Made by a program: the position numbers and the translations under genes. Below the pieces are notes generated by a model. That model saw only the letters and a list, made by a program, of their open reading frames with translations, ran no database searches and was not told the origin of the DNA. Shown one piece after another: positions 25,731 through 38,173 of a DNA stretch of 64,000 bases (position 1 is the first letter of the stretch; every line of letters begins with the position of its first letter). The stretch lies in NCBI GenBank assembly GCA_000708835.1, contig DF237301.1, forward strand, positions 32,790 through 96,789, read 5' to 3'. This DNA comes from Klebsormidium nitens (lineage: Eukaryota > Plantae > Klebsormidiophyceae).

Positions 25731-25843
25731 GACACGTGGCTATATGCGTGCAAACGTGGACGACCCTACCCTCAATCGTAGCCGTCTCTTGATCGATGGA
25801 ATGAAGTCTTCGCCGTCGGATTAGTTGCCAAGTGGAACGTGGC
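25731..25843 (+). promoter_or_regulatory. ABRE/G-box-like motifs upstream of the GRAM gene
   Basis: GACACGTGGC at 25731-25740 and ACGTGGC at 25837-25843, ~530-650 bp before the ATG at 26376. Function not demonstrated. Confidence 0.4.
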
Positions 25844-26375
25844 AGGTTACCAGCAATCATTAGAGCCACTTGGCAGCTGAGCTGTCGTCCAAACCGACTG
25901 CACAGCTCGAGGACTGCTCCCGTGAATCTAGCTGCCACGGGTGCATATGTCACCTCACAGGTAATTCCGTCCGTTCTGTTACGCGCAGCTATGATGAGGG
26001 GAGTGCGCAGCAGGGAATCAGCAGTATGCCTTCGGCCAGGTGGCAGGGAGTGGCGACGAGGAAGGAGACGGAGCCTCATGAGGAGATGGACTCTGATGGA
26101 GTCTTTCTTCCTCGATCAGAAGTGCACGAAACGGAAAGCCACTTGAGAAAGCTCTTCCTTGCATTCTCTTTCATCGAGCAAATTGACCATTTCATAAGCT
26201 TTTCGCTTCCAGGGATTGGTAGTCTTACGTATTGTCGCATTCCAAAACGCCTGAATTTCACACCGTTCAGAACTGGTGCAGGACTCTCTGCCCAGCTCGT
26301 TACAGCAACTTTCGAAATTCAAAGAGGATCCATCTGAATTGATAAGTGCGGTACATTGAGTAGCCAATCAACGCC

Positions 26376-29300
26376 ATGTCGCTCCTCAACCGCCTGATGG
26401 GGCGCGGCCCCCAGCCGGCGGATCACACAGAATCTGCTCATGACTACCCAAGCGGCCAAGCACATGTGAGCCAACCACGGAACGAGTCCCAGTTCATGCA
26501 GAGTGGCCGGACAGGGTACCTTGGAGAGGAGCACATGCGCACCTACGAGCTTCCAGCTGGGATTGAGCAACAGGGCCTGGCGCAGACTGAGGGTGTGAAT
26601 AGCCCCTTCGATGTCCAGCAGCATGGTGTGCACAGCCAGCATGTTGGAAGCAAGCCCGTGCAGGTGTTTGATGCTGATGAAACTAGAGGTGAAAGGATTC
26701 AGGAGCCGCTGCGGGAGCGGACAACTAGAGAGGAGGGTCTCAGGGAGGGGGTTACCAGCCACCACAATACTGGCATTGGTGCAGACAATGGGGCAGCAAT
26801 TGCCATGGTAAGAGGATTCTAGTGCAATGCAAGCCATTCACTCTGGTCCTATGAATGAGTTGCATGAAGTTTAGTCTACCCTTGCCGTCACCTGAATGCT
26901 GCAAATGATTTTTCCAATTCTGATATATTTTTACCTCGAGCGGTCTTCCTTTCTGTGAGCTTTTACATCTTGGGGGTGGGTCACTTCAGAGATTGATGGT
27001 CAATGTCCTCGCTCCTGTTTGCGTACTTGTAGTTCTCCAGACACGATGAATCTGGAGGGAGAGTTCTTCTTGCATGGTTTGGGCCAAACCCGTTCGATCT
27101 TCAAATGAAGAAATGAAGAACTTTGCATGCAGTTTGGAAGTCAAACTTGTGCAACAAACATCAGCAGGTGGTGCTTATCAACATAGTTCCGAGATATGTT
27201 TGTCACATTTTCACGGAAGGCCTGATTTTTGCAATTCCAAGCTAAACTTGCAATGCTAGAGAAATTTTGACTTATAAGATTGCGTAAAATGCATTTAACG
27301 TTTCACCAGAGTCTATGTATGCAATTTAGCAGCCATGCCCACTGCTAAGCCCCTATCTGACGCCATTTCCTTTTATTACGGAACCAGTTTCAGCAGTCTG
27401 CTCAGACAGGGGCCTCACATGCCCTCTAGTCCCATGAATCCCTGTGGTGCATTGCATCACAACACCTTGTCAACAATCCACATTGAGCACATTGTCAGTG
27501 CTGGACTAGGCCAAAGCATCCCCTCGAAAAGAAGGCTGGCAACATCATTCAAACAGGTTCAACCAAAATTGTGCCATATAGGCATACCAATGTAAGATTC
27601 ATAAGATTATCAAAGACTAATTTTGAAGACACAATGAATACATCCATGTATTAAGGGAGCACTCTCCCCCACATGCAGGAGCAGCCAAGGTCTCCCCGGT
27701 CCCCACGAAAGGAGGGCATGGGCACAAAGATGAAGAAGATGTTTAAGCCCCACAAGTACGAGCAGGAGCGAGAGGAGCGGTCCTCGGGAGAATATGTTGA
27801 CGCGCAGGTGCGGTGTTTGCTAAGAAGTTTCTGCTCTTTGGAAAGTCTCTCGCATCTGTCCCCAAGCTGTTACCTCCATGCTTGAACTGCATGTTACCAA
27901 AGCATATCATTACCTTGCCTGTAAGATGCATGCAGGGTAGCTTCATAAGGTTCAGTATTTAAGGGAGTGTGAGAGTCAGCAATGTGCATCTTTGATAAAG
28001 TCAAAATATGTCAGAAGACTTTTTTATGAAGCTTCCTCCAAGCTGCATGCATGTGTGATATCCACTTCCACTGCGTATATGTCTGTCTTCCAAAGGGTCT
28101 CAGAGGTTCATGAGACTAGATTGCAAGTCTCATGCTGAAGTCGTGCAGGTCTGAGCATCTACAGTTGGGATATACAACTGTTTGCAAAGAAGCACAGTAC
28201 TCCTAGTCAAGTTTGAAACAGATACACTTAGTCCCAGCTGCAAGTACACGTCCTCAGCCCCCTCCGGACTTACGCTTTGGTTACAGGATATGGGGACAAG
28301 CGTTGCAAGGCACCCCCAGACAACTGATGACACCACTGCCGGCCGCATCTCTTCCTCCATGCCTGCGCACTCCACCTCTGCCGGGGGGCTGTCCCCCAGG
28401 GGCAACTGGAACCCCACAGAAGGCTTCAACTTCCGCAAGTCCAGCACGCCACCCCATGTGAGCGGCCGTCGCGAAGAGAAAGCCGCCATTGCTGTTGCGA
28501 AGCACGATGGGGGGCACGGCACAACCAGGAGTAACACCCCCCTGGAGACCTCTGGCTATGAGGGGGGCGACTACGACAACTATGGGGACAATTCCCCTGT
28601 TATGCATGATGTGCCCCATTCCAGGCCGGGGCGGTATGCTTCGGGCGAGCAAGGTGGTGCTTGGGGTGACCACAGGGCGTCGGAGGTCGGGTCCTTCAGG
28701 GGGTCGGGCATGCACAGCCCTTCCAAAGGTATGTTTGTTAGCATAGTAGGATTGACCACTGTCTCTATCAAAGCACAGGAGACGGTGCATGAACCGAACC
28801 TGAAGAAGCAAGAAGGTTTCTGCGTATTGAGTTTTTCGAGGGGCATCTTCTCATTCCTGATGGGGACTTTGTCATCATGACATGCGCCCTTGAAAAATCC
28901 TGTACCCTACACCCTCAAGGATAGATTCCTTTTGTCTTAACAAGGTTCATAATTGTGACTCTGTATTCTCCATTTTGTGTCCATCAACTTTCGGCAGCTG
29001 GGAAACCAGATTTCAGGCTAATTGCAAATTTAAAACTCAGGTTCCTGCCACTGCCAGGCAAGCTGGTTCAATAGGGATTCCAATCTCCATTTTCCTTCCT
29101 GTAGAACGCCCCCCACGTGACTCCCAGAGGCCCACGTGGGTGGCCCCCGGAGCTGAACACGATCCCGCAGTTGCTGCTGCTGCCGCTGCCGGGGGTGCTG
29201 CTGCTGCCAAGGCCGTCACCAGAAATGAAAGGGGGGGCCACTTTTCGGGCAATAGGGAGGGGGGTGTTTCAGTGGAGAGGGCCAGCTTGCAGGGTGAGGC

Positions 29301-32300
29301 GGATGTGTACGACCCTTGGGAGGATCCCAGGTTTCGGGAATCGTGGAAGCACATCCACGCCCCCGGTTAGTGGCGTCCCTTGAGAAAGTGGCTAGTGTGG
29401 CGTCGATCCGTGGGCTGTTTGAGGCGATTTTGTTCGAGAAAGAATCGGCTGTGTGCAATCTGTGGGCTGGAATCCTTTTAGTTATCGGGTGGTGGTATGT
29501 ATCTTATGTCGTTTCGAATCGGTTATTCACAATCTGCGTGAATCACCGATAATAATCTGCCTTCGTTCTGGATTTAATTGCATACAGCCAGTCGGACATG
29601 GGTGTCGGAATAAATGGAAGTCAACGGTGGTCAAGATGAGAATCAGTTTGTCGACTGAGAAGCAATCAGGCCACCTTCCGCCGTTTTTGTCGGGCGCTTC
29701 CATATCCTGCAAACTTATGCATACGACCAAAAGCCCCCTTAAATTTAGCAGAATTTCATTTTCTCTTTCTTGGGTATCGTCAGTATGTTTCCAACCTACT
29801 AACGGTTCTCGCGTCTACATGTCGACAGGATCGTTGTGTTTTTGGTCGAAGCGTTCCAGTGGTTGCAAATTGACCGATCTAGCAACCGTTCTAAACCGAT
29901 TCAGGCTTCTGATCACCGACACGAAAGGTTTTTTCAATACTTTTTGAACCGCTTCCTGTCTGTTAGTCCCGTCAAATCCCCAGGACACTCCCAGATCAGT
30001 ATCAGACGTTTTACCGCTGGATCTGGACAGCACTTTGCGTGTGAGAAACGGCCGCGAAAGTTTCTATTTCTCCCATTTGTGGTGCGCTGACCTCGTGTTC
30101 CGATGTTTCCTTTGCAGGTAGGACTGGATCCCTCTCGTCTCAGGAGCGCGACAACTCCCGCTATGGGCGTTCCACCTCTGCCCGGGAGACGGTCACCGAG
30201 CAGAGGACTTCCCAGTCCAGAGCCCCGAACCGTGCGATGTCAGGGTCGGGTCTTACTAACCGGGCAGAGCCAACGGGGGATATCCGTGACTACTACCAGT
30301 CGCCAGCCGTGCACGTGCAACCGACGGAAAGGGCCAGCGAAGAAAGGAAGCTGGAAAGGGAGCCTTTTGGATCCGGTCAGGATATCGGTTACGATAACGA
30401 GGAGGAGGTAGGGCGGGATCGGGATGGCTTAACCCGGGGTCACGTTAACCAGAGGGTTGAGCACATGAAGCTGAACGATGTGGAAGGTCGTAATGACATG
30501 CCTCTGGGTTCTGCCACCCCGGGTAGGGAGTTTGGTCGGCACACCGGTGAGCAAGAGTTTGACTTCAACAACCAGGGTCTCTCCAACCAGGGTATCACCA
30601 ATCAGGGTTACGGCGACCCGGGTTATGTGAACCGCAGCCACGACTACGACTCGACAATCGCGAAGTCGAGCAGCGCGCGGGGTTATGATAACCAGGAGGT
30701 CGGAGCAGGCTATTCTAACAGAGAGTTCGCGAACCAGAACTCAAACAACCTAAGCGGCAAGTCCGTGAACTCACAGAGTTACGGTAACCAGGACGTAACC
30801 GACCCCCAAACTGGCGCCCAAAACTTCGGGGTCGGAGGCAGACTCGTGGCGGAGACGCCTTATCAGCTGGGAGAGAGAATCTCTGATAGGGACTCGAACG
30901 TCCGCGGTTATGAACGGACGGGTGAAAGGTCGCCGGCAGTGGAGGAGAGCTTTGGAGTCGGGGGGGCGACCACAGCCCGCACACCCTACGGCCTTGGCGA
31001 GAAAATCTCGGACAAGTCCTGGAACGAGGAGCGTGCCCCTGGTAAGAATCTACGGCATTGAGAGGATTCTAAGCAGGCTTTTACGTTGTGCGTTTGGTCA
31101 GCCAAATTAAGGGAAGGCATGTCGGATTTGCCGTTGGTTGCGATGATTTTCTGCAAGGAGTACTTCGTTGCCAGGTTTGGGTTGGTGAAGCTGGCTCCTT
31201 GATATCGCGTGTAATGGCGCGTGCTGCATACTATCTCTGTTGATCTGCACAGAGGCAGAGCGGTGCGGTACCGAAAGGAGACGGGAGCCAGTTAGATAGG
31301 CAGAAATTCTCTATTTGCTACTCTTGACCTAGGTGTCGTTAGACAAAAGCAGAACACACAAGAGGTGCAAATGAAAGCCGTAGGGGTTGGCTGCGTATCC
31401 CATCGTTTTCGTTCGTCGTTTTCGCTTCCTGCGTGGTTTGGATATGCTGACAAGTGATTTCTTGTATGAAACCAGGGGTCCACGGTGAAAACTTCGCCCA
31501 CTCGGGTTATGACAACCAGAAAGTGATCTACCCCCAGACCGGCGCCCAGAACTTCGTGGGCGAAGACAGGAGCGAGGCGGAGACGCCTTACAGAGCGGGG
31601 AAGAGGAGCCGGAATCAGAATGAAGAGTCGCGCATCCTGAACACAAAGCAGAGTGGTGCGCGGTCGTCGGCTGTGGAGCGGGAGCAGAGCTTCGGGGAGG
31701 GAGGGGCGACCACGACTCTCTCGCCGCAAATGCTTGGGGAGAAGACTCCGGACATGCGCTGGAACGAGGAGCGCTCCACTGGTAAGATTGCACCGGAGAC
31801 TTGCACGTGCAAATTTGTTGAATCTTCTCGGGAGTGCTCTTGCTTGGTGGAACGGTCGTATGTTCTCGCCGCTTGATTGTTGGCGGAAGAATGTTGTGAC
31901 GTGTATTTTACGTCGAAAAGGGTGCGCTCGACCAGGTTTTTAGCGTGTTTCTGAACTTCTGATCAAGTGGGAAATTACAGGGGTGACCTTGACACCAGCT
32001 CTGCAGCGCGGCAAATCACTACACGGACGGCACTTATAATCTGCATGTCTGGGTATCGTACTTTGTTCAGACGAACACTGCCCTGTCACTCTTTAACGAG
32101 ACGGCAGGTTTTGAGAACCGGTCTGAACGCCCTAAAGAGCGTTCCTTGCTTTCCGCAGGCCTGAACAATGGCGGTGGGCACCACTCTCGACTGGAGGCTG
32201 GGGCGCTTGGCACAGGCGCCATCGGTAAGACATGTTTTTCCAAAGTTTCAAAATGTCTTCAGAATTTGAGCCGCCGACACAAACGAATCGCCAGAGGTGG

Positions 32301-35300
32301 AGTCTGTGAGCTGACTGTCACAAATTGCGTAGATGAGAGCACTTAAACGACGTCCGCTGAAAGTTTCTGCAAGAAACAAGTTAAATCTCTTGATACAAGC
32401 GCGCTAGAGTGCTAGAGTGTGGGACATTAGCACTGCTTTACTAGTCGTCCCAATGGCCGATCCACTCATCGTTGATGGTGCTAATCCAGGAACATTTTAC
32501 TATACTGCGTCTGGCAGAAAGTGCATCATAATTGGCAGAGTCTTTAGTGATTGAAAGCTGTTCCGACCTTTCTCAGCTCCCGCGCCTCCAAGTAACCACA
32601 TGAACCGTTCTGGTGCGCACTTCTTGCCTTACTAGAACAGTGCGTGTATTAGTGCGGTCGCTAATACTGTGGTTGCTTGCCAACAGGCGCTGGTTCAATG
32701 GCGGCGGACCACATGCCCGGCAGGACTTCCTCCGAGTTCCAGCGCTCGACGGTCACGGGCGAGCCGATCTTGGACCGCGAGAGCGAGATTGCCATGGGTG
32801 GGTTTTCGAAAGGCATCTGACATGTGCGCGTGTTCGTTCTATCTGCCAACGATTTACTCCTCGGGGCATCCAGCCATGCGTGATACGACGCAAATGAATG
32901 ATCCTTCCTTTGCGTCGAGACCAACATCGTCTGTTGATCCGTTTCGTCATTTCCACACAATCTCCTCTTCCGGAAAAACATTTGGTTTTGGCCCGTTCGG
33001 GATTCCTGCACCTTGAAATAGAACTTCTCCACAAAATGCAAGAATTCTCAATCAACGGCGACCATTATTCGTCTCCGCAGGCCAAGGCCGCGCCGCCGAG
33101 GCGCCCCCCGCGGCCGCGGCAGCGGCCACCCAGCACGCCGCGACCGAGCAGAGCGACCTGGACTCCTCGTATGTGAAGGAGAGCCCGGAGACAGCAACCG
33201 GGCAGAGTGGCATGGGCAGTTTGCGTATGAACGAGAGTGCCTCAGGGCTGGCGACGCAGGCCGAGATGGGAGAGCCACCGATGTCGCCCCGCTCGCAGCA
33301 GTACCTCCAGCACGGGGAGCCGGTCAAGTGTGAGTGACAAGCTTTGGTCCGTTTTTCGTTTTGGTGCGTTTTCAACTTGGTGGCAGGAGGTTCTCTGTGC
33401 AGATTGGGATCATTGCGGTAATTTTGACTGTACGGAAGGACCGTGAATTACATACGTCTCTGAACATGTAACTTGGTGCGAGATTTTTCTGCGCAGATTG
33501 GGGTGAGTGCAGTACTTTATCTAGACGTAAGGACCTTGAATCGCTTATGTCTTTGCATAGATAACAGGTGGCACGCGTTCGACCGTACGTGATGCCATAC
33601 GAGCGGCAGATGGTTACTTCCGCCACGAATGCTTTGATCTGGCGTAGGAAAGATTGGAGTCTTCGTACGGCAAAAACGTTTGTTAATACATGGGTGCCTC
33701 CGCCTCCTTTGATCCTTCTTGTCGATCCAGAGCATTGTACGTTCTCAGTTACTTTTCGGAGCTATCGAAACGATTACCTTGATCACGGAGGCGGCGATTT
33801 GATTTCGCAAAACGGTACAGCGAGTCTTTCGAAATCGTGTTCTGATGAGTTGTGCTTCTGTCCCACGTGCAGCCCCCAGCCTGCTGACGAGCGCTAAGTA
33901 CGCCTTTGGGCGCGCTCAGAACAAGCTGACCAACACTCACCATCACCGTAAGTTGCAACCTCTAGCTTCTTCAGCCTCGATTGTAATCTCACCTCTCAAG
34001 AAGAGCGGGCCGGGCGGCCGGTTCGGTTTGCTAAAAAGAATTCTAATTTTTGAATGAGCGAAGAGCACCTTTCCAGGGCTTTGTTTCAGGTCTGCGCGAC
34101 CTGCGCAGGGGGAGTACGGACTCCGATCTCTCTTACCGCCTGTCGAAGCGTAGGAAAGATCCTTTTCTGAGCGGCACTTTCTTTCACCTCACCTGAGTCC
34201 CTCCCGCCTTTCCAATCGCGAAGTCACTTTGTTACCGGCAATGTTAGGCCTCCACTGCCAAACGAACACTTTGGGCTGTTCGTACGACTAAAAGAAGGTT
34301 GGTTCGAAGAGAGCGTTTTCACCCCCTGTGCACAATAAAAACACACGTTCCCCCGCGCGCGCGCAGTGACCGCGGGCGGCGGCACCATCTCTTCGGTGAC
34401 GGGCGTCGCGTTCGGCAAGCTGGACGTGGTCGCCAAGCGCATGCTGCACGGCGGGGAGCACCTGTGGCGCGAGGCCTTCCACCCGCCGCCCGAGGAGCAC
34501 CTCAGGAAGTGTGAGTTCGATCAAACCCAAATTCCTTGACTAAAATACTCGAGACCTCCCAAGCCTTCAATTCGCCGCCCGAGTAGTACTTCAGGAAGTG
34601 TGAGTTCAACCAAATCCAAAGTCCTTAACCCTGAGCTAGAGACCCTACAAATGAAATTCTCGAGACCCTCCAGGCCTTCAACCCGCCGCCCGAGGAGCAA
34701 CTAAGGAAGTGTGAGTTGGACAGAAACTAGGTTTCTTTGACCCTGAGTTCGAAACCCTAAACATGAGTCATCTGAGACCGCCAGGCTTGCAACCCGCCGC
34801 CCGAGGAGCACCTCAGGAAGTGTGAGTTTGATCAAATCTAAGTCCCTCAATCGTGAAATCGAAACCCTGAACCTGAAAATCTTGAGACTGCCAGGCTCTC
34901 CGCCCGCCACCCAAGGAGCACCTGAGGAAGTGGAAGTAGGCTGAAAATCTGAAATTCAAATTGTACGGCAAAGTCGCTCAAGCTCGAACTCAAAAACCAC
35001 TTATTTCATTGGTCCCGATCGGTGGTCCCGCAAGGTAGCTCTTGAGTTGGATAGCACACGACTTTGCAGTCCTTCCTCTTTCCCGTCCTCTTTGTTCTCG
35101 TTAACCGAATGCCCGCCACAGAAGTACGGCTAGGGTCACGGTCTTTCCTCCCTTGACCCTCGGCAGTTATTTCCTTTCCTTGTCACCGCTGGGGATCGTA
35201 CGCGCGCAGGATTGCACGCCTCTCTCTGCACTCCTCACCAGTTGTGAGATCGCGCATTTTCTTGTCCAAACTTTTCCTCGTTATCAATCTAATCTTTCCA

Positions 35301-36374
35301 CGTCGCCCCATTTGCAGCCTTCGCCTGCCTGCTGTCCACCGAGAGCGGCGCCGTGGCCGGTGTGCTGTACCTGAGCGATCACAACCTGTGGTTCTGCTCC
35401 GACCGCGCTCTGCAGCGAGCGGTGAAGGCCTCCGAGGCGGATGTCGCCTCCCCGCCCTCGTATGAGCAGTATCAGTACAAGGTGAGGGGGCGAGGCGAGA
35501 TCGGGACCGCATGGAATACCCGTCATGCACAGACAAAGTCAGCAAATTCTGTAAAGAGCAGAGAAGCACGTGTTTGAGCCGTTCGAATATCGAAACCAAA
35601 TGGGACTGTCAAACTTGCAGCATTTGTTGAACAACTGGCGTTTGTCCAGGACACCGTTCTAAGTCGGTGCTTAGAAAGACTTGAAGGGTTCTCCGAACGT
35701 TGATCTCGTTCAGCGGCTTGGACAAACGGAGCCAGCAGCTTACCGTACAGTGTTCAGTCTCTTCGTTTGTGGGACTCTGATTGGATATGCAGAGGCGGTC
35801 GCATTTGCACTAGGAGGCTTCTTATCTGCTTCAACTGCTAAACTTTTGTTGCTCTGGTACTGCCTTATGAGATATGTTTTTCTAGAATCATTGCGGTCGA
35901 TTCACCGGTTTGTCATCCGTATTTTATTTGGATCGACACGAGCTGTTCGTTAAAATTTCACGCCTCCCCAACCGGCACTTTGCGAATCTCCCTCAACATT
36001 GTCAACTCCTCGAATGTTAGGCAGTCAGCGACGGCCCTATTTCTGATGCCGAAAAGCGGGACGTCTTGGCCCCATCCCCTATTTTTTTGGGTCTAAAATT
36101 GAGGTCCTACTTAACAACTGAGCTTAAACCCTAATCCCTGACTTCCTGATCTTCTCTCCCCCAGGTCGTACTTCCCTTAGCGGAGGTGGCGCACATCGAG
36201 AGCCGCGCGAACGGCCGCAGCGAGCGCGACAAGAGCATCAAGGTGGAGATGACGGGCAGCGAGCAGTTCTGGTTCTTCGGCTTCGTCACCTTCGAGAAGG
36301 CGCTGCTCAACCTGCAGCACGCGCGCGAGGTGCACGGCCTGCGCTCCGCGTCCATGAAGGCGGGCGGGGCGTGA
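26376..36374 (+). CDS. GRAM-domain (GEM-like) protein with long hydrophilic N-terminus, ~1170 aa; exons 26376-26807, 27679-27807, 28287-28728, 29105-29365, 30118-31041, 31476-31781, 32159-32224, 32687-32797, 33081-33329, 33873-33947, 34367-34510, 35318-35481, 36165-36374
   Basis: The C-terminal GEM-type GRAM domain reads LRKSFACLLSTESGAVAGVLYLSDHNLWFCSDR...YKVVLPL...FWFFGFVTFEKALLNLQ. Thirteen GT-AG exons are all phase-compatible. Confidence 0.85.
34483..34935 (+). repeat. Five-copy tandem repeat (89-111 bp) containing the exon-11 3' end and 5' splice site
   Basis: CGCCGCCCGAGGAGCACCTCAGGAAGT|GTGAGTT recurs with donor GT at 34511, 34600, 34711 and 34822. The fifth copy has lost the donor. 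Confidence 0.9.
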
Positions 36375-36375
36375 G

Positions 36376-36455
36376 CGGTTCAGGGGTTGTGGTTTAGGGT
36401 TTAGGGGTTGGGGTTTGGAGTTCGGTGTTCGGGGTTCGGGAGCTGGGTTTGGGAG
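36376..36455 (+). repeat. Degenerate telomere-like G-rich tract right after the GRAM stop codon
   Basis: GGTTCAGGGGTTGTGGTTTAGGGTTTAGGGGTTGGGGTTTGG..., including TTTAGGG units. Confidence 0.55.
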
Positions 36456-38173
36456 CATGGAGTCCGGGGGTTGGAGATTCAGGAGTTTAGATTTAATGCG
36501 GAAAGGGGAGATGTGGATCGTTGGTTCGACGAAACACCGAGTTTGTGGCGGGAGAATTCCTCGAAGTGTAGGAAGGGGAGGTCGAAGTTTCTTCAGGGCT
36601 GTGTTGAGAAGTAAGATTATCCACAGGTTACCCTTGATGTACCTCAAAGGCCGCACCACTTTCGCGGAATTGTATAACGCGGAGCCCGCGGCGTAGCATT
36701 AGTTGTATGATAGTCTTTGATGGGTGCGAAGAAGTGGTTTGGGGACTTGGCATTCCTTTCAGAAAAAGCACGCTGGTAGAGGTTTACTGAGGCGCGCATA
36801 TGTTGGTAGGCTGCTTTCTGGTGGTAAGAGTTGCTCGAGCGCGCAGGCGTTGGAAGCTGTCTTCTCTTGAGACGAGAAACGAGACTTCTTTTAGAGATGG
36901 TTGTCATTAGACGGGTTTTTGTAAGGTGTTTTCTGAAGGCTGGGAACTTTGAAAGTTGGTGTGACTGGTATACCATTGTATACAATGTTATACAATGAAG
37001 ACGTTGTATCGCTAGGATGTTAGCAGCGCATATATCTATACAGTAGTAGGATCTTTTCAATGTGAGGCTTCACAAATCGAAGGACGGATTCAGTTGTACA
37101 GTAACCAGTTGCCATAAGACGTAACAAATATTTTTCGCTCTGAATTCTTGTCATCTATCCTTCGACCGCTCAATCAAATCCACTTCAATCCTCTTGCTTT
37201 TTAAATCCCCGAAGACTGTCCTATAGTCCAGTATTAATCTGAGCTGTGAAAATCTTCACGCGCGCAAATTTTCATGCACCATACCTGTGATCAGAAACAC
37301 AGCATGTTTGGTTTAGGTGCACGAATACGAATTCGCTCTCCTCTGTCTCCCCGGCCGCCAGCTCGTACTCGGTCCGATGGTCTACTCGTTACGAGCTAAC
37401 AGCCGCTCTCTACCATATTGAGACGTTACATGCCGCGTACTCATCTCACCGCCTATAGATGCTTTGAATTGGACATTACAAGGATATATGCTCAAGGAAA
37501 CGGTTTTTAAGTGAAAAAGTGGTTGTTGTGTGGTTAGAAGTGTGCTTGAGCTACTTAAGGGTTGTACATTTGCTAGACGTATGTTAAGTTCACATTGAAG
37601 ATCATTTCCACCTGCTAGTCGATTGCTAATTGTCAGGGGCGGCCTTGCATATTGGATGGCATCATATGAAGGATGGATTCAACGTACAGAATCGTTCAAC
37701 TACCGATGTTCACCACAGTTCATATATCGTACATGTCCTGGCTCCATTGACCATTGCCAGACGGTGCTCAAGCCCCGTGCACAACCCTAGAGGAAGTACA
37801 CGCACGGCACAGAAAGAGTCGAGATATATGGCGCCTACAACAATTGAATCTGGACAAACAGTTGTACACGGCCGTGTTCAAGTGGTTATAGACCTTACTT
37901 TATGAAGAGCATTGCTGCTTTTTCTGACAATAGACAAGTCGCGTCGGCCCGCCGCCTCACATGTTCGCCGGCTCAGTTGATGTCCACCCCAAAACCAAGG
38001 ACGGTTTGGGTCTAAATCATTATGATAGTGCGCCCTCCCATTTCGTGAAGCTCTTCATTGAGCAGGAATGGTGCAGGGATTACATCTTCTGTTATTTTAT
38101 CCATTTGAGTCTATCTACCTTTGATTCTGCGACTATGACGCTACTTATTGTCGCCGTGACTGGCGGGCCTCCA

